Virus record (IMG/VR): IMGVR_UViG_3300029288_000078
Coordinates: 54,733 to 118,732 of that record
Length of the DNA stretch: 64,000 nucleotides
Origin: a virus
Taxonomy: Duplodnaviria; Heunggongvirae; Uroviricota; Caudoviricetes
Direction: 5' to 3' (one strand)
The translations under genes were made by a program, and so were the position numbers. The notes below the pieces were generated by a model. The model searched no databases, was not told the DNA's origin, and worked only from the letters and a program-made list of their open reading frames with translations. Of this stretch, positions 49,196 through 56,940 are shown one piece after another. Each line of letters opens with the position of its first letter. The first letter of the stretch is position 1.

Positions 49196-49373
49196 GCCTT
49201 ATTTGATCGGTTTCTTTAAAAAAGTATATGTAGGGAATAGTTTTCCAGTATTAATAGGCATTACTATATATATTCGTTTACACGGCCAATAACGCACCCT
49301 AATCACGTGCCCTATACGTTTACCTACAAAACTAGTTTCATGCAACCACGGCCTTTAAAATTACCTTATAATG

Positions 49374-49460
49374 AAATGTACAATATTTTGCACATTATTG
49401 ACCTCTTGTACAACTTAAACTTGTACACTGGAATGAAAATGTACAATATTTTGCACATTA
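49374..49460. repeat. Two identical 24-bp quasi-palindromic repeats, 63 bp apart
   Basis: AAATGTACAATATTTTGCACATTA at 49374-49397 and 49437-49460. Confidence 0.85.
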
Positions 49461-49766
49461 GTTTTTGTTGATCAATATCGGGTAAAGGTTTGTGTGTAGG
49501 TTAGTATTGGAATAGGGCAAGATATAGAAACATTTAAATACACTCTTATTTGTTCAATGTTTACAGTAATAACTCTTATTAATTGAATGTTTTGGAGTGT
49601 GGGGAATAGGGTAGATAGCAACACTTATTCACATAGGTAGGGATCGTCTCTGGAATATTCATAATGTATAAAAGAGGTACTCTAGTGTGAAATATGGGTA
49701 AAGAGAGACTGGGGACACTATGGGTAGTGTGTTTTGTGTTTGCACATAATTTTTAGAAACTTTTTT

Positions 49767-49837
49767 AGGGCTTTCAGGTGTACTTGCCACATTTGAAAGC
49801 CCTTTCAGTTTTGATAATCATAGTTATCAAAACTGAA
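49767..49837. repeat. Two abutting inverted repeats
   Basis: AGGGCTTTCA/TGAAAGCCCT (49767-49803) and TTCAGTTTTGATAA/TTATCAAAACTGAA (49804-49837, perfect 14 bp). Confidence 0.85.
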
Positions 49838-50237
49838 CAAGTACCCTATAACAGTTTATTATCATTGAATATTATAACAGTTTTTTAAATAATTACATTT
49901 CAAAATTCACTGCAATTATTCCGCAAGCTCTGGAATTCTTCAATGATTACAGGTGCCCCCTCCGAAATGCGAAAATACATTTAGATTTTGGAAAACTAGG
50001 AGTGTCTAGTACACCCCCGCATGAACACAGCCTCATTTCCCCACTGTACTACCCCTAATCCACCACACTCCCTTCCCCAACTTTATATATCTCAGTATTA
50101 TTATGAGTGCCTCTCTAATTTCCCTTTAAACAACTCTATCCCCCTATCCGAAAAGAGGTTTAGAAAATAATTCAGATTAGCAAAAATGGGTTTGAAAAAA
50201 AATTACCAAAAAAAATGGAGGGGGTATGGGGGTAAGA

Positions 50238-50552
50238 TCAAAACAATGTATTTTCGTTTATCACATGATACAACTTTATGCTTTCAATCATGTGGATGCC
50301 GTTCTCTCCAAAAGGTACCAACCCATCAAACCAATCTATATCTTCTACACTTAAGCTACCTTGATACATATCCTGCGGTGTTTGATCAGTGTAGTCAGAG
50401 TTGTCCCAATTATACTCATGCTTCAAATTGCGGATAACTTTAAGGATAGAGATTAAGCGTGGTAGTTCCTCTTGAGTTATATAATGGTGTGAGGAGATAT
50501 AATCGGCATCATTAGTATCCGCAGTGATAATAATTAATAGTTTAGTGTTCAT
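50238..50552 (-). CDS. Hypothetical protein
   Basis: Start MNTKLLIIITADTNDADY with TAAGGA SD. Confidence 0.65.
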   Translation of the reverse strand: MNTKLLIIITADTNDADYISSHHYITQEELPRLISILKVIRNLKHEYNWDNSDYTDQTPQDMYQGSLSVEDIDWFDGLVPFGENGIHMIESIKLYHVINENTLF

Positions 50553-50560
50553 ACCAATCC

Positions 50561-51193
50561 TTAATATATTTCTTCTAATGGAACATGGGCGGTTAGGTTC
50601 GCGTTTGTGGAGTACAGGTACCATTTCATAGCTTCTGGATTATTTTCGAATATTAGTTTAGTTTTGTTAACGATTGCGGTAGTCCAAACAACATGAATAA
50701 TGGCGCTGAACAGAGTAGGAACCCATAGTAGGGTGAACTTATACCAATGTGGCCAATCTGGATCTGTAGGTTTCTCTCCGCCCCAAACTACAATACCGAC
50801 GATCAGAAAGAGTATTAGGTAGAGTCCGGCAACGAGTAATCCGACGCCTATTACTTCTGGTACGGAATTAATTTTGACATTTAGTTTAAGGTTTACGTGT
50901 TGAATTGGGGTGGAATTAGTTTTAGATAGGGTGACGATAATTGCATTTTTTAGTATGGTGATTTGGTAATATTCGGAGGAGAGGTATTCGGCTACAGTGG
51001 CCATATCGCTGAGATAATCCACCATACTGATATGGATATTTGCATAGCCTTTATTGGCACCTGTAATGATTGTATTTTTAGCGTATTCTATGGCGTTAAA
51101 GGAGGCGTGACGTTTGGCGTCTGTATAGATTTTTTTAGCTTGATCTGAGTGATATTTTGTTTCGAGTTCTGGGATTGATTCTGTATTGGTCAT
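50561..51193 (-). CDS. Membrane protein (two C-terminal TM helices)
   Basis: Start MTNTESIP with CAGGAG SD; two hydrophobic segments. Confidence 0.6.
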   Translation of the reverse strand: MTNTESIPELETKYHSDQAKKIYTDAKRHASFNAIEYAKNTIITGANKGYANIHISMVDYLSDMATVAEYLSSEYYQITILKNAIIVTLSKTNSTPIQHVNLKLNVKINSVPEVIGVGLLVAGLYLILFLIVGIVVWGGEKPTDPDWPHWYKFTLLWVPTLFSAIIHVVWTTAIVNKTKLIFENNPEAMKWYLYSTNANLTAHVPLEEIY

Positions 51194-51249
51194 ATTTTTC
51201 TCCTGTAGGTATCTTTTAGCAGTATTGTTTTGATAAGGCAAGTTGTATA

Positions 51250-51545
51250 CCAGGGGAAAAATCGATGGGTGAAAAATAAACACCAATGATATTGTACAGT
51301 TGCTCCTTCTCCTCACACATCTCCTTCCTTTTTACTTTCCCATTGTATTTTGCCAGTGAAATACTTTCTTTAATAAATACAACAAGTTAAGTAAATTTAG
51401 TTTTATGTGTGTTACTTATTCCGAGTTATACACCTAGGGAAAAACGGAGGGTAAAATACGTTATCCAATGAAATCAACGAGTTAGTATAAAGTGCATGAA
51501 AATTAGGTAGAAGCGGAGTTGTTACCCTAGGAGAAAACGAGGGTA
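51250..51545. repeat. Three degenerate ~21-bp direct repeats (operator/iteron-like)
   Basis: CCAGGGGAAAAATCGATGGGTGA (51250), CCTAGGGAAAAACGGAGGGTA (51433), CCTAGGAGAAAACGAGGGTA (51526). Confidence 0.5.
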
Positions 51546-51570
51546 GATTTATAAAGTTCAATAATAATGG

Positions 51571-51750
51571 CTACTTAATCATTCTTAATTTTTTTGCTTG
51601 GAGTTGAATTCGTTCGATGAGAGATTCTTTGGGTGGTTCTTTATTGTTTAGGATTTCTTGAATAGTCCATGAGTTAGATTCGAGTGCTTTGGCGAGTCTA
51701 TGTATTGAGCCGTAGTGGATATGGAGTTCGTGTAGTAGTTGTTTATTCAT
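51571..51750 (-). CDS. Cro/XRE-like HTH protein (59 aa, not in ORF track)
   Basis: MNKQLLHELHIHYGSIHRLAKALESNSWTIQEILNNKEPP...; ATGA overlap with upstream HTH gene. Confidence 0.6.
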   Translation of the reverse strand: MNKQLLHELHIHYGSIHRLAKALESNSWTIQEILNNKEPPKESLIERIQLQAKKLRMIK

Positions 51751-51959
51751 TTTATTAGTCCTTTCTCTATGGCATATTGTTCGAGTATTTGGAGGGAGGT
51801 TGGGCTAGGAATGTTGTATCCATTTTTCCAGAGGGAGATGGTTACAGGGGAGATGTTAATTTCTTTGGATAGTGTTTTAATTTGACCTGCGTGGTTTATT
51901 AATTTTTTTACCAGTAGAGCGGAGGGGGTATTAATGATTCGGGTGGTACGTCGTGACAT
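51747..51959 (-). CDS. Cro/C1-type XRE HTH protein
   Basis: IKTLSKEINISPVTISLWKNGYNIPS is a classic XRE HTH. Confidence 0.8.
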   Translation of the reverse strand: MSRRTTRIINTPSALLVKKLINHAGQIKTLSKEINISPVTISLWKNGYNIPSPTSLQILEQYAIEKGLIK

Positions 51960-52035
51960 TAGTATTTGCCTTTTCCGAGATATTTATTGAATAGGGCGGC
52001 TAGGAGAAAGACTATGCATATGGCTAATAGGGTTG

Positions 52036-52257
52036 CTAGGATTTCCATTGTTGTTCTTTCCCTTCTTTATCTATTTTTTTAACTAGTTGTTTTCTCATGG
52101 TTTGGGCAGCGCTACTGGAGATATAGCCGCGCAGGTTGAGTCTTACAATAGCGTCGGCATCTTTTTGGAAGTGTTCGATATTTGGTAGGTATTGTATTAC
52201 GTCTTTTAGTTGTATAGCTAGAGGTTCGACTAATGCTCCGAAGTGAATTCCTGCCAT
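52036..52257 (-). CDS. Hypothetical phage protein
   Basis: 73 aa ORF with AAGGAG SD. Confidence 0.6.
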   Translation of the reverse strand: MAGIHFGALVEPLAIQLKDVIQYLPNIEHFQKDADAIVRLNLRGYISSSAAQTMRKQLVKKIDKEGKEQQWKS

Positions 52258-52378
52258 GACATATCTCCTTGTGTTTCAAATGAGAGAGCACATATAGCAA
52301 AGGTTGTTTGAATGGTCAATGAAAAAATTGTGGAAGTGGAATGGGTGTGATAAGTGTATTTTATTTAGTGGAGGAATT

Positions 52379-52612
52379 ATGAAATATTGTCAGGACTGTA
52401 AGTGGTTTGAGCAGGGGTATTCGATCGAGAAGTGTAGGAATTATAAACTCAAGGAAGATCATAGGGATATGAATGATTCCTATCTCTTTGCGGTATTTAT
52501 GAGGCCATCGGATATGCGTAAGCATCCGAAGTTGTGTGGGCAAGAGGGGCGTTATTGGGAGCCTACGTTATGGTATCGGTTTACTACTTGGTTTAGGAGT
52601 TTATTTAAATGA
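52379..52612 (+). CDS. Cys-rich small protein, EPTLWY family copy 1
   Basis: Start MKYCQDC with GGAGG SD; C-terminal WEPTLWYRF. Confidence 0.65.
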   Translation: MKYCQDCKWFEQGYSIEKCRNYKLKEDHRDMNDSYLFAVFMRPSDMRKHPKLCGQEGRYWEPTLWYRFTTWFRSLFK

Positions 52613-52770
52613 CACCGGAGCGGCATAGGGAGTTATCTACTACTGAGGCTCTTTTAACTACAGAAGAGATAAAGTTTGGTTGGCATTTTTGTCCAGATTG
52701 GGATTATGCTCTTTGTTTGCTGGATTATGAGGGATGTACTTGTAAAAAGGAGGGCAGTAGTAAGTGTTAA
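52609..52770 (+). CDS. 53-aa Cys-containing peptide
   Basis: MTPERHRELS...GWHFCPDWDYALC; ATGA-coupled. Confidence 0.5.
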   Translation: MTPERHRELSTTEALLTTEEIKFGWHFCPDWDYALCLLDYEGCTCKKEGSSKC

Positions 52771-53078
52771 CTCATTGTGATGTTTGTGAATATGAGCAAG
52801 TGGATGGGACTGAGGAGCCGTGTGTTAGTTGTATTTATCCGAATTGGGCACCTACTATTGAGCCGATGAGGTGTGACACTTGTTTACATGACGTAGATAG
52901 GCCGGCAGACAAATGTGGAAGTTGTAGGGGTAGTAATTTTAAGAAGCGGGTTATGTGTACGGAATGTGGAGCGGTTAAGCCCTTGATGACGTGTTGTTGT
53001 GGAACGGCTATGAGGTTGTGTTCTGGCAATTGGATATGTGATAAGTGCGGGTTTGTGTGTATGCGTAAGGAGCTGTAA
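52764..53078 (+). CDS. Cys-rich repeat protein (CxxC...PCxxC units)
   Basis: Multiple CxxC; paralogue of 56740..56940. Confidence 0.6.
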   Translation: MLTHCDVCEYEQVDGTEEPCVSCIYPNWAPTIEPMRCDTCLHDVDRPADKCGSCRGSNFKKRVMCTECGAVKPLMTCCCGTAMRLCSGNWICDKCGFVCMRKEL

Positions 53079-53458
53079 TGACTGAACATAAAAAGAACTT
53101 CCGTATTCTCAAGGTTGGAGATTGGTTTGTTCGAAACGATGGGATGATTGACTGTATTGAATACGGCGTGGCTGATCATACATACAGTTTAATGGGAAAG
53201 ATGGGGTCGTATACTCTGGATGGGAAACATAGGATAAACGGAAGCGATAAAGGCAACGTGGCATATCTTATTAATCCTCCTGATCTTACCCCGTTACCGA
53301 TGCCAAAAGTGAAAAAGTGGCAGTGGTTGTATAGATCTTCTCGTTTGTATGTTTTAACTGGTTCTTATTACGCCTCAAAAGAAGAGTGTGCGGTAAATAT
53401 AGGAGTCATGCCAATTGAGCCATATCTTCCTAGTGAAATAACGGAGTATGAGATATGA
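53078..53458 (+). CDS. Hypothetical phage protein
   Basis: 126 aa coupled ORF. Confidence 0.6.
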   Translation: MTEHKKNFRILKVGDWFVRNDGMIDCIEYGVADHTYSLMGKMGSYTLDGKHRINGSDKGNVAYLINPPDLTPLPMPKVKKWQWLYRSSRLYVLTGSYYASKEECAVNIGVMPIEPYLPSEITEYEI

Positions 53459-53661
53459 CTATTTTTCTAACCTCTTGGTTTCTTTGCGGTTTTATTGCCA
53501 CGTTAATATCGAGAATAAACTATAAATACAAAGTTAAAGTGTGGCATTACATAACGACTACATTAGTAGGGTGTATTAGTTTAGTTTGGATATTGTCGAT
53601 TATATTTGGTTGGTCTAGGGTGGAATCTATGATTAGCGGAGTCATGGAGTACGAGATATGA
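53455..53661 (+). CDS. Small membrane protein
   Basis: Two hydrophobic segments; ATGA-coupled. Confidence 0.55.
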   Translation: MTIFLTSWFLCGFIATLISRINYKYKVKVWHYITTTLVGCISLVWILSIIFGWSRVESMISGVMEYEI

Positions 53662-53948
53662 TGACAGAGTACTTAGAAGTTAATCGACCGAATAAGCGGT
53701 ATTGCGATGGGTGTCCACTAACTTATGTAAGTCATGGACAATTTGATTTTGAGTTCATACAATGTGGGGCTTTAAATAAGAAATTAATTACTCTAAAATC
53801 TGGAAAAATCAGAACCCCTTCTAATTGCCCATTAAAACAAAAGAAAAATTGGTATGACGGGCTAGAGCACATCAAATGCCACGATGTAGAACCCAATCCA
53901 CACTGCTTTTGCCCAAGATGTGTAGCTGCAAAGGAGGATAAAGAATGA
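53658..53948 (+). CDS. Cys-rich protein, RPNKxYCxGC family copy 1
   Basis: EYLEVNRPNKRYCDGC...TPSNCPLK; paralogue of 54085..54393. Confidence 0.65.
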   Translation: MMTEYLEVNRPNKRYCDGCPLTYVSHGQFDFEFIQCGALNKKLITLKSGKIRTPSNCPLKQKKNWYDGLEHIKCHDVEPNPHCFCPRCVAAKEDKE

Positions 53949-54088
53949 AATTAGAATTTAATATTGATGATTCTACTATCGGTATTGCAATTGTATTATT
54001 TGCTATTGTTATTGTAGTTATTGCAATAACTACTGGGGTTTGCTTATATAATGGATATTATATAAGTCATATAGGAGTATGTAAATGA
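53945..54088 (+). CDS. 47-aa single-TM peptide
   Basis: MKLEFNIDDSTIGIAIVLFAIVIVVIAITTGVCL...; coupled at both ends. Confidence 0.5.
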   Translation: MKLEFNIDDSTIGIAIVLFAIVIVVIAITTGVCLYNGYYISHIGVCK

Positions 54089-54393
54089 ATGAATATCTAA
54101 AAATAGATAGGCCAAACAAACAGTATTGCGAGGGATGTATTGCTTTTATACATTACGATACCGAATATTATTATTGTCTTGTCACCGACACTCCTTGTGT
54201 AGATAAGATAACCCCGCCCAACTGCCCGTTGAAGAAAGAATTTAACCACGACATGATATTAGCTATCATTAACTATACTGCCTCTGGCGACGTAGAATTA
54301 GCTAAAACGCTGGCATTACAATTACTAGGTAATGGGGATAAACCTACTTTTGCTACTTCCAATTCCCATACTATAGAGAAAGAAAAACAATGA
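54085..54393 (+). CDS. Cys-rich protein, RPNKxYCxGC family copy 2
   Basis: EYLKIDRPNKQYCEGC...TPPNCPLK. Confidence 0.65.
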   Translation: MNEYLKIDRPNKQYCEGCIAFIHYDTEYYYCLVTDTPCVDKITPPNCPLKKEFNHDMILAIINYTASGDVELAKTLALQLLGNGDKPTFATSNSHTIEKEKQ

Positions 54394-54527
54394 AGTACCC
54401 ACCAGAAGACGATGATATACCAACAGGATGCTTTGTTTTAGGCGTTATCGTTATTCTATTCATATTTTTCTCTCCGTTATTAGTTGATTGGATTAGTAAT
54501 CATATTGAGATTAAAATTCATGAATAA
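54390..54527 (+). CDS. 45-aa single-TM peptide
   Basis: MKYPPEDDDIPTGCFVLGVIVILFIFFSPLL...; ATGA-coupled. Confidence 0.5.
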   Translation: MKYPPEDDDIPTGCFVLGVIVILFIFFSPLLVDWISNHIEIKIHE

Positions 54528-54614
54528 ACCGCCAATAGAATGATATAAAATACTGTTTTTGTATCAACTTAAGGGTAATTATGTTGAGGTAGTGGTGGTT
54601 ATCAAACAAAAGGA

Positions 54615-55034
54615 ATGCATATTATGGCAAACGATTTAGGTTTTAAAGTACCAGAAGAATTAGTCAAGCCTATTATTAAAGATCTTGTGGCAACTTATAT
54701 AGCTCAACAAATGGGCGATGCTAATAAAGTTATTGCAGAATTAGTTTCCAAGGCTTTGAGCGTAAAAGTAAATGAAAATGGAGTTGTTGATAAATACGAT
54801 TCTTATAACCACCAAAGTTACATAAATCTTATTTTAAACAAAAGTATTCATGAATTAGCAAAAGAAACCTTAAAAGAAATTTTAGATGCCAATAAAGAAA
54901 AAATTAAAGAGCAAATAAAGCTTGCCATTTCTAAACAGGGAGATTTGGGTGAGTTTATTTTTAATGGCTTTAAAGAATCTTTAGAATCTAATTGGCATTC
55001 TCATATCTCGGTTGCTTTTAAAAGGAAAGAATAA
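54615..55034 (+). CDS. Hypothetical helical protein
   Basis: 139 aa ORF with AAAGGA SD. Confidence 0.65.
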   Translation: MHIMANDLGFKVPEELVKPIIKDLVATYIAQQMGDANKVIAELVSKALSVKVNENGVVDKYDSYNHQSYINLILNKSIHELAKETLKEILDANKEKIKEQIKLAISKQGDLGEFIFNGFKESLESNWHSHISVAFKRKE

Positions 55035-55223
55035 ATGAATTATCTGAATTATGTAATGTCTACTGTAATTACGGCGATAAGTATTACTTTGCTTATTCTA
55101 GTTAAAAGAGGAATAGAAAGCTACGGCATTTCTGCTGGCACTGTGGCTTGGTATATATTTTTGTTTTTTCTTGCTGTCGGCGTGTTTTCTTTTTGTATGC
55201 AGATATTTAGTAGGGAGGCGTAA
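55035..55223 (+). CDS. Small two-TM membrane protein
   Basis: Two hydrophobic helices. Confidence 0.55.
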   Translation: MNYLNYVMSTVITAISITLLILVKRGIESYGISAGTVAWYIFLFFLAVGVFSFCMQIFSREA

Positions 55224-55427
55224 ATGAAACTTTGTATGGATTGTAAGCATAGTTATTATGAAGTGCGTTACTTCTTAGCTGCTTCTTTTCCTATAAGAGA
55301 GATACGTTGTAAATTCCACAAAGTACCAGTAGATATAGCAAGACGAATAGATGGATATTGTGACGACGCAAAAGACTTCGAACCGACCCTTTGGTATAAA
55401 TTTAGAAAATTATTGAGGTTGGTATGA
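55224..55427 (+). CDS. Cys-rich small protein, EPTLWY family copy 2
   Basis: MKLCMDC...FEPTLWYKFRKLLRLV. Confidence 0.65.
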   Translation: MKLCMDCKHSYYEVRYFLAASFPIREIRCKFHKVPVDIARRIDGYCDDAKDFEPTLWYKFRKLLRLV

Positions 55428-55669
55428 GCTTTGAGTTTTGCCTAGCATATCCTGAAGTAATAATGACTACTGAACAAATAAATGCTCCGGTAAATATTAT
55501 ACATAAAATTGGAATATTTAATCTTAAACAAGCAGAATGTGTTTTTATAAAATTATCTATTAGTAATGTAAAAGTATATGCAATTAATGAAGATAAGATG
55601 GAAATAAGGTTGGTTACAAATTGGTGGGAAGCAAAACAATTTTTCAATGAGGATGAAAGCGTAGTATGA
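55424..55669 (+). CDS. Hypothetical small protein
   Basis: ATGA-coupled ORF. Confidence 0.55.
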   Translation: MSFEFCLAYPEVIMTTEQINAPVNIIHKIGIFNLKQAECVFIKLSISNVKVYAINEDKMEIRLVTNWWEAKQFFNEDESVV

Positions 55670-55902
55670 AGCTTGTAGTTGGCAAACACAACATGTTATG
55701 CGTTTCGGGTGAAGGATTCCGTATTGGAGATCTAATAGAAATAGAGGGAGTTCCTATTCTAAAATATCGTCCAACGGCAGATGATGTAGCAAAAGTAAGA
55801 GGCGAAAGTGGTGCGAGCATAGTTGATTGTGCTTTTGCGCTTGGTATGTGTTCTGGAGATATCGAAAAAACAGTTTTATTCTTAAGAGAAATGGGGTATT
55901 AG
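55666..55902 (+). CDS. Protein with EF-Ts N-terminal UBA-like domain
   Basis: TADDVAKVRGESGASIVDCAFALGMCSGDIEKTVLFLREMG aligns with EF-Ts [41 protein letters not shown]. Confidence 0.7.
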   Translation: MKLVVGKHNMLCVSGEGFRIGDLIEIEGVPILKYRPTADDVAKVRGESGASIVDCAFALGMCSGDIEKTVLFLREMGY

Positions 55903-55903
55903 T

Positions 55904-56236
55904 ATGAAGAACGAATTGATAGCGAGATGTGTGCACCATGTAAATAATAAAATTTGCGAACTGAATAACGAGCAAACAATTGCATGGGAAGATACACCAA
56001 AGCACATGCAAGACGGTTTAATATCGGCTATAAACGACAATCTATCGCCAAGAGAAGGTCATATTAATTGGATGATGAACAGACTAGCAAACGGCTGGAA
56101 ACTTGGTGCAGAAAAAAGTATTGAAAATAAAATTAGCCCATGTTTAATTCCCTATGAGGAGTTGCCTTATGCACAAAGAATTAAAGATTCAGTGAGGCAA
56201 GGCATAGTGGAATTTTTAAAGGAGGTACAAGAATGA
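55904..56236 (+). CDS. RyR-domain protein
   Basis: HINWMMNRLANGWKLG.EK....KISPCLIPYEELP..QRIKD matches RyR repeat. Confidence 0.75.
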   Translation: MKNELIARCVHHVNNKICELNNEQTIAWEDTPKHMQDGLISAINDNLSPREGHINWMMNRLANGWKLGAEKSIENKISPCLIPYEELPYAQRIKDSVRQGIVEFLKEVQE

Positions 56237-56505
56237 CAGCGCCTGATGTTTTAGTTAATAATATGACTCGTCCTGAAACGCTTAAAGATATTAAAAATTT
56301 TGTATTATCTCTTCCTGATGAAACTCTTGAGCAAGTAGTGGTTTTTAATATTAAGTGGGGAAATGAAGCTGGTACGGTTTCGTGGAAAAGAAAAGAAACC
56401 CCTAAACAATATTGGCGACGGAAACAACAAACAGTGGCGGCAGACGAACTCATAAGCACCTGCGAACCGATCGGAAAAACGCATGATATACTCAGCACCA
56501 ACTAA
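56233..56505 (+). CDS. Hypothetical small protein
   Basis: ATGA-coupled, AAGGAGG SD. Confidence 0.55.
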   Translation: MTAPDVLVNNMTRPETLKDIKNFVLSLPDETLEQVVVFNIKWGNEAGTVSWKRKETPKQYWRRKQQTVAADELISTCEPIGKTHDILSTN

Positions 56506-56740
56506 AGAAGAAATAGAACAATGTTTTGAAGGTAGTAATTTTGGAAGCACTGACTATGAAAATATTGTAAAACTTGGATTATTAAAAGTTGCTTGTGGGT
56601 ATCATAATGGTTCTACACTAACTTGTATCTTATATAACTTAAGATTAATCCTCCCCGATTCTAAGCAGATTTTTAGTTTAACGGATAAAGGGAAACACTC
56701 TCTTTATGAATGGTTTTCTAATTATGCAAAGGAGAAGTAA
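56483..56740 (+). CDS. Hypothetical small protein
   Basis: LLKVACGYHNGST...LTDKGK winged-helix-like end. Confidence 0.55.
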   Translation: MIYSAPTKEEIEQCFEGSNFGSTDYENIVKLGLLKVACGYHNGSTLTCILYNLRLILPDSKQIFSLTDKGKHSLYEWFSNYAKEK

Positions 56741-56940
56741 TGACAGTAAATAATCATTGTGGTACTTGCTTGCACGAAGAGTTAAGTAGTGACCAAGAGC
56801 CTTGCAATACCTGTAGAAATAGTAATTGGGAGCCATTTATAGATAGAAATTGTGACAGTTGTTTACATCGCCACAGGCCAGAAACAGTAGAACCTTGTGC
56901 GTCTTGTGGGCATACAAGATGGGAGAAAAAGAATGGCTGA
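56740..56940 (+). CDS. Cys-rich repeat protein (CxxC...PCxxC x2)
   Basis: CGTCLH..EPCNTC and CDSCLH..EPCASC; paralogue of 52764..53078. Confidence 0.65.
   Translation: MTVNNHCGTCLHEELSSDQEPCNTCRNSNWEPFIDRNCDSCLHRHRPETVEPCASCGHTRWEKKNG

Noticed and set aside
41161-49210. Repeated intergenic units as a CRISPR array
   Set aside because: Units are separated by whole genes of variable length rather than 30-40-nt spacers, and they match a promoter consensus; no cas genes in the window.
49200-51750. tRNA genes in the non-coding gaps
   Set aside because: No cloverleaf with a T-loop GTTCRA and matching acceptor stem could be found by eye.
51571-51959. Lysogeny switch / prophage
   Set aside because: Cro-like genes are present, but there is no integrase, CI-type repressor with peptidase domain, att site or host-gene boundary in the window.
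56181-56550. Minus-strand ORFs 56181..56501 and 56305..56550
   Set aside because: They overlap well-coupled plus-strand genes with strong SDs; likely shadows.
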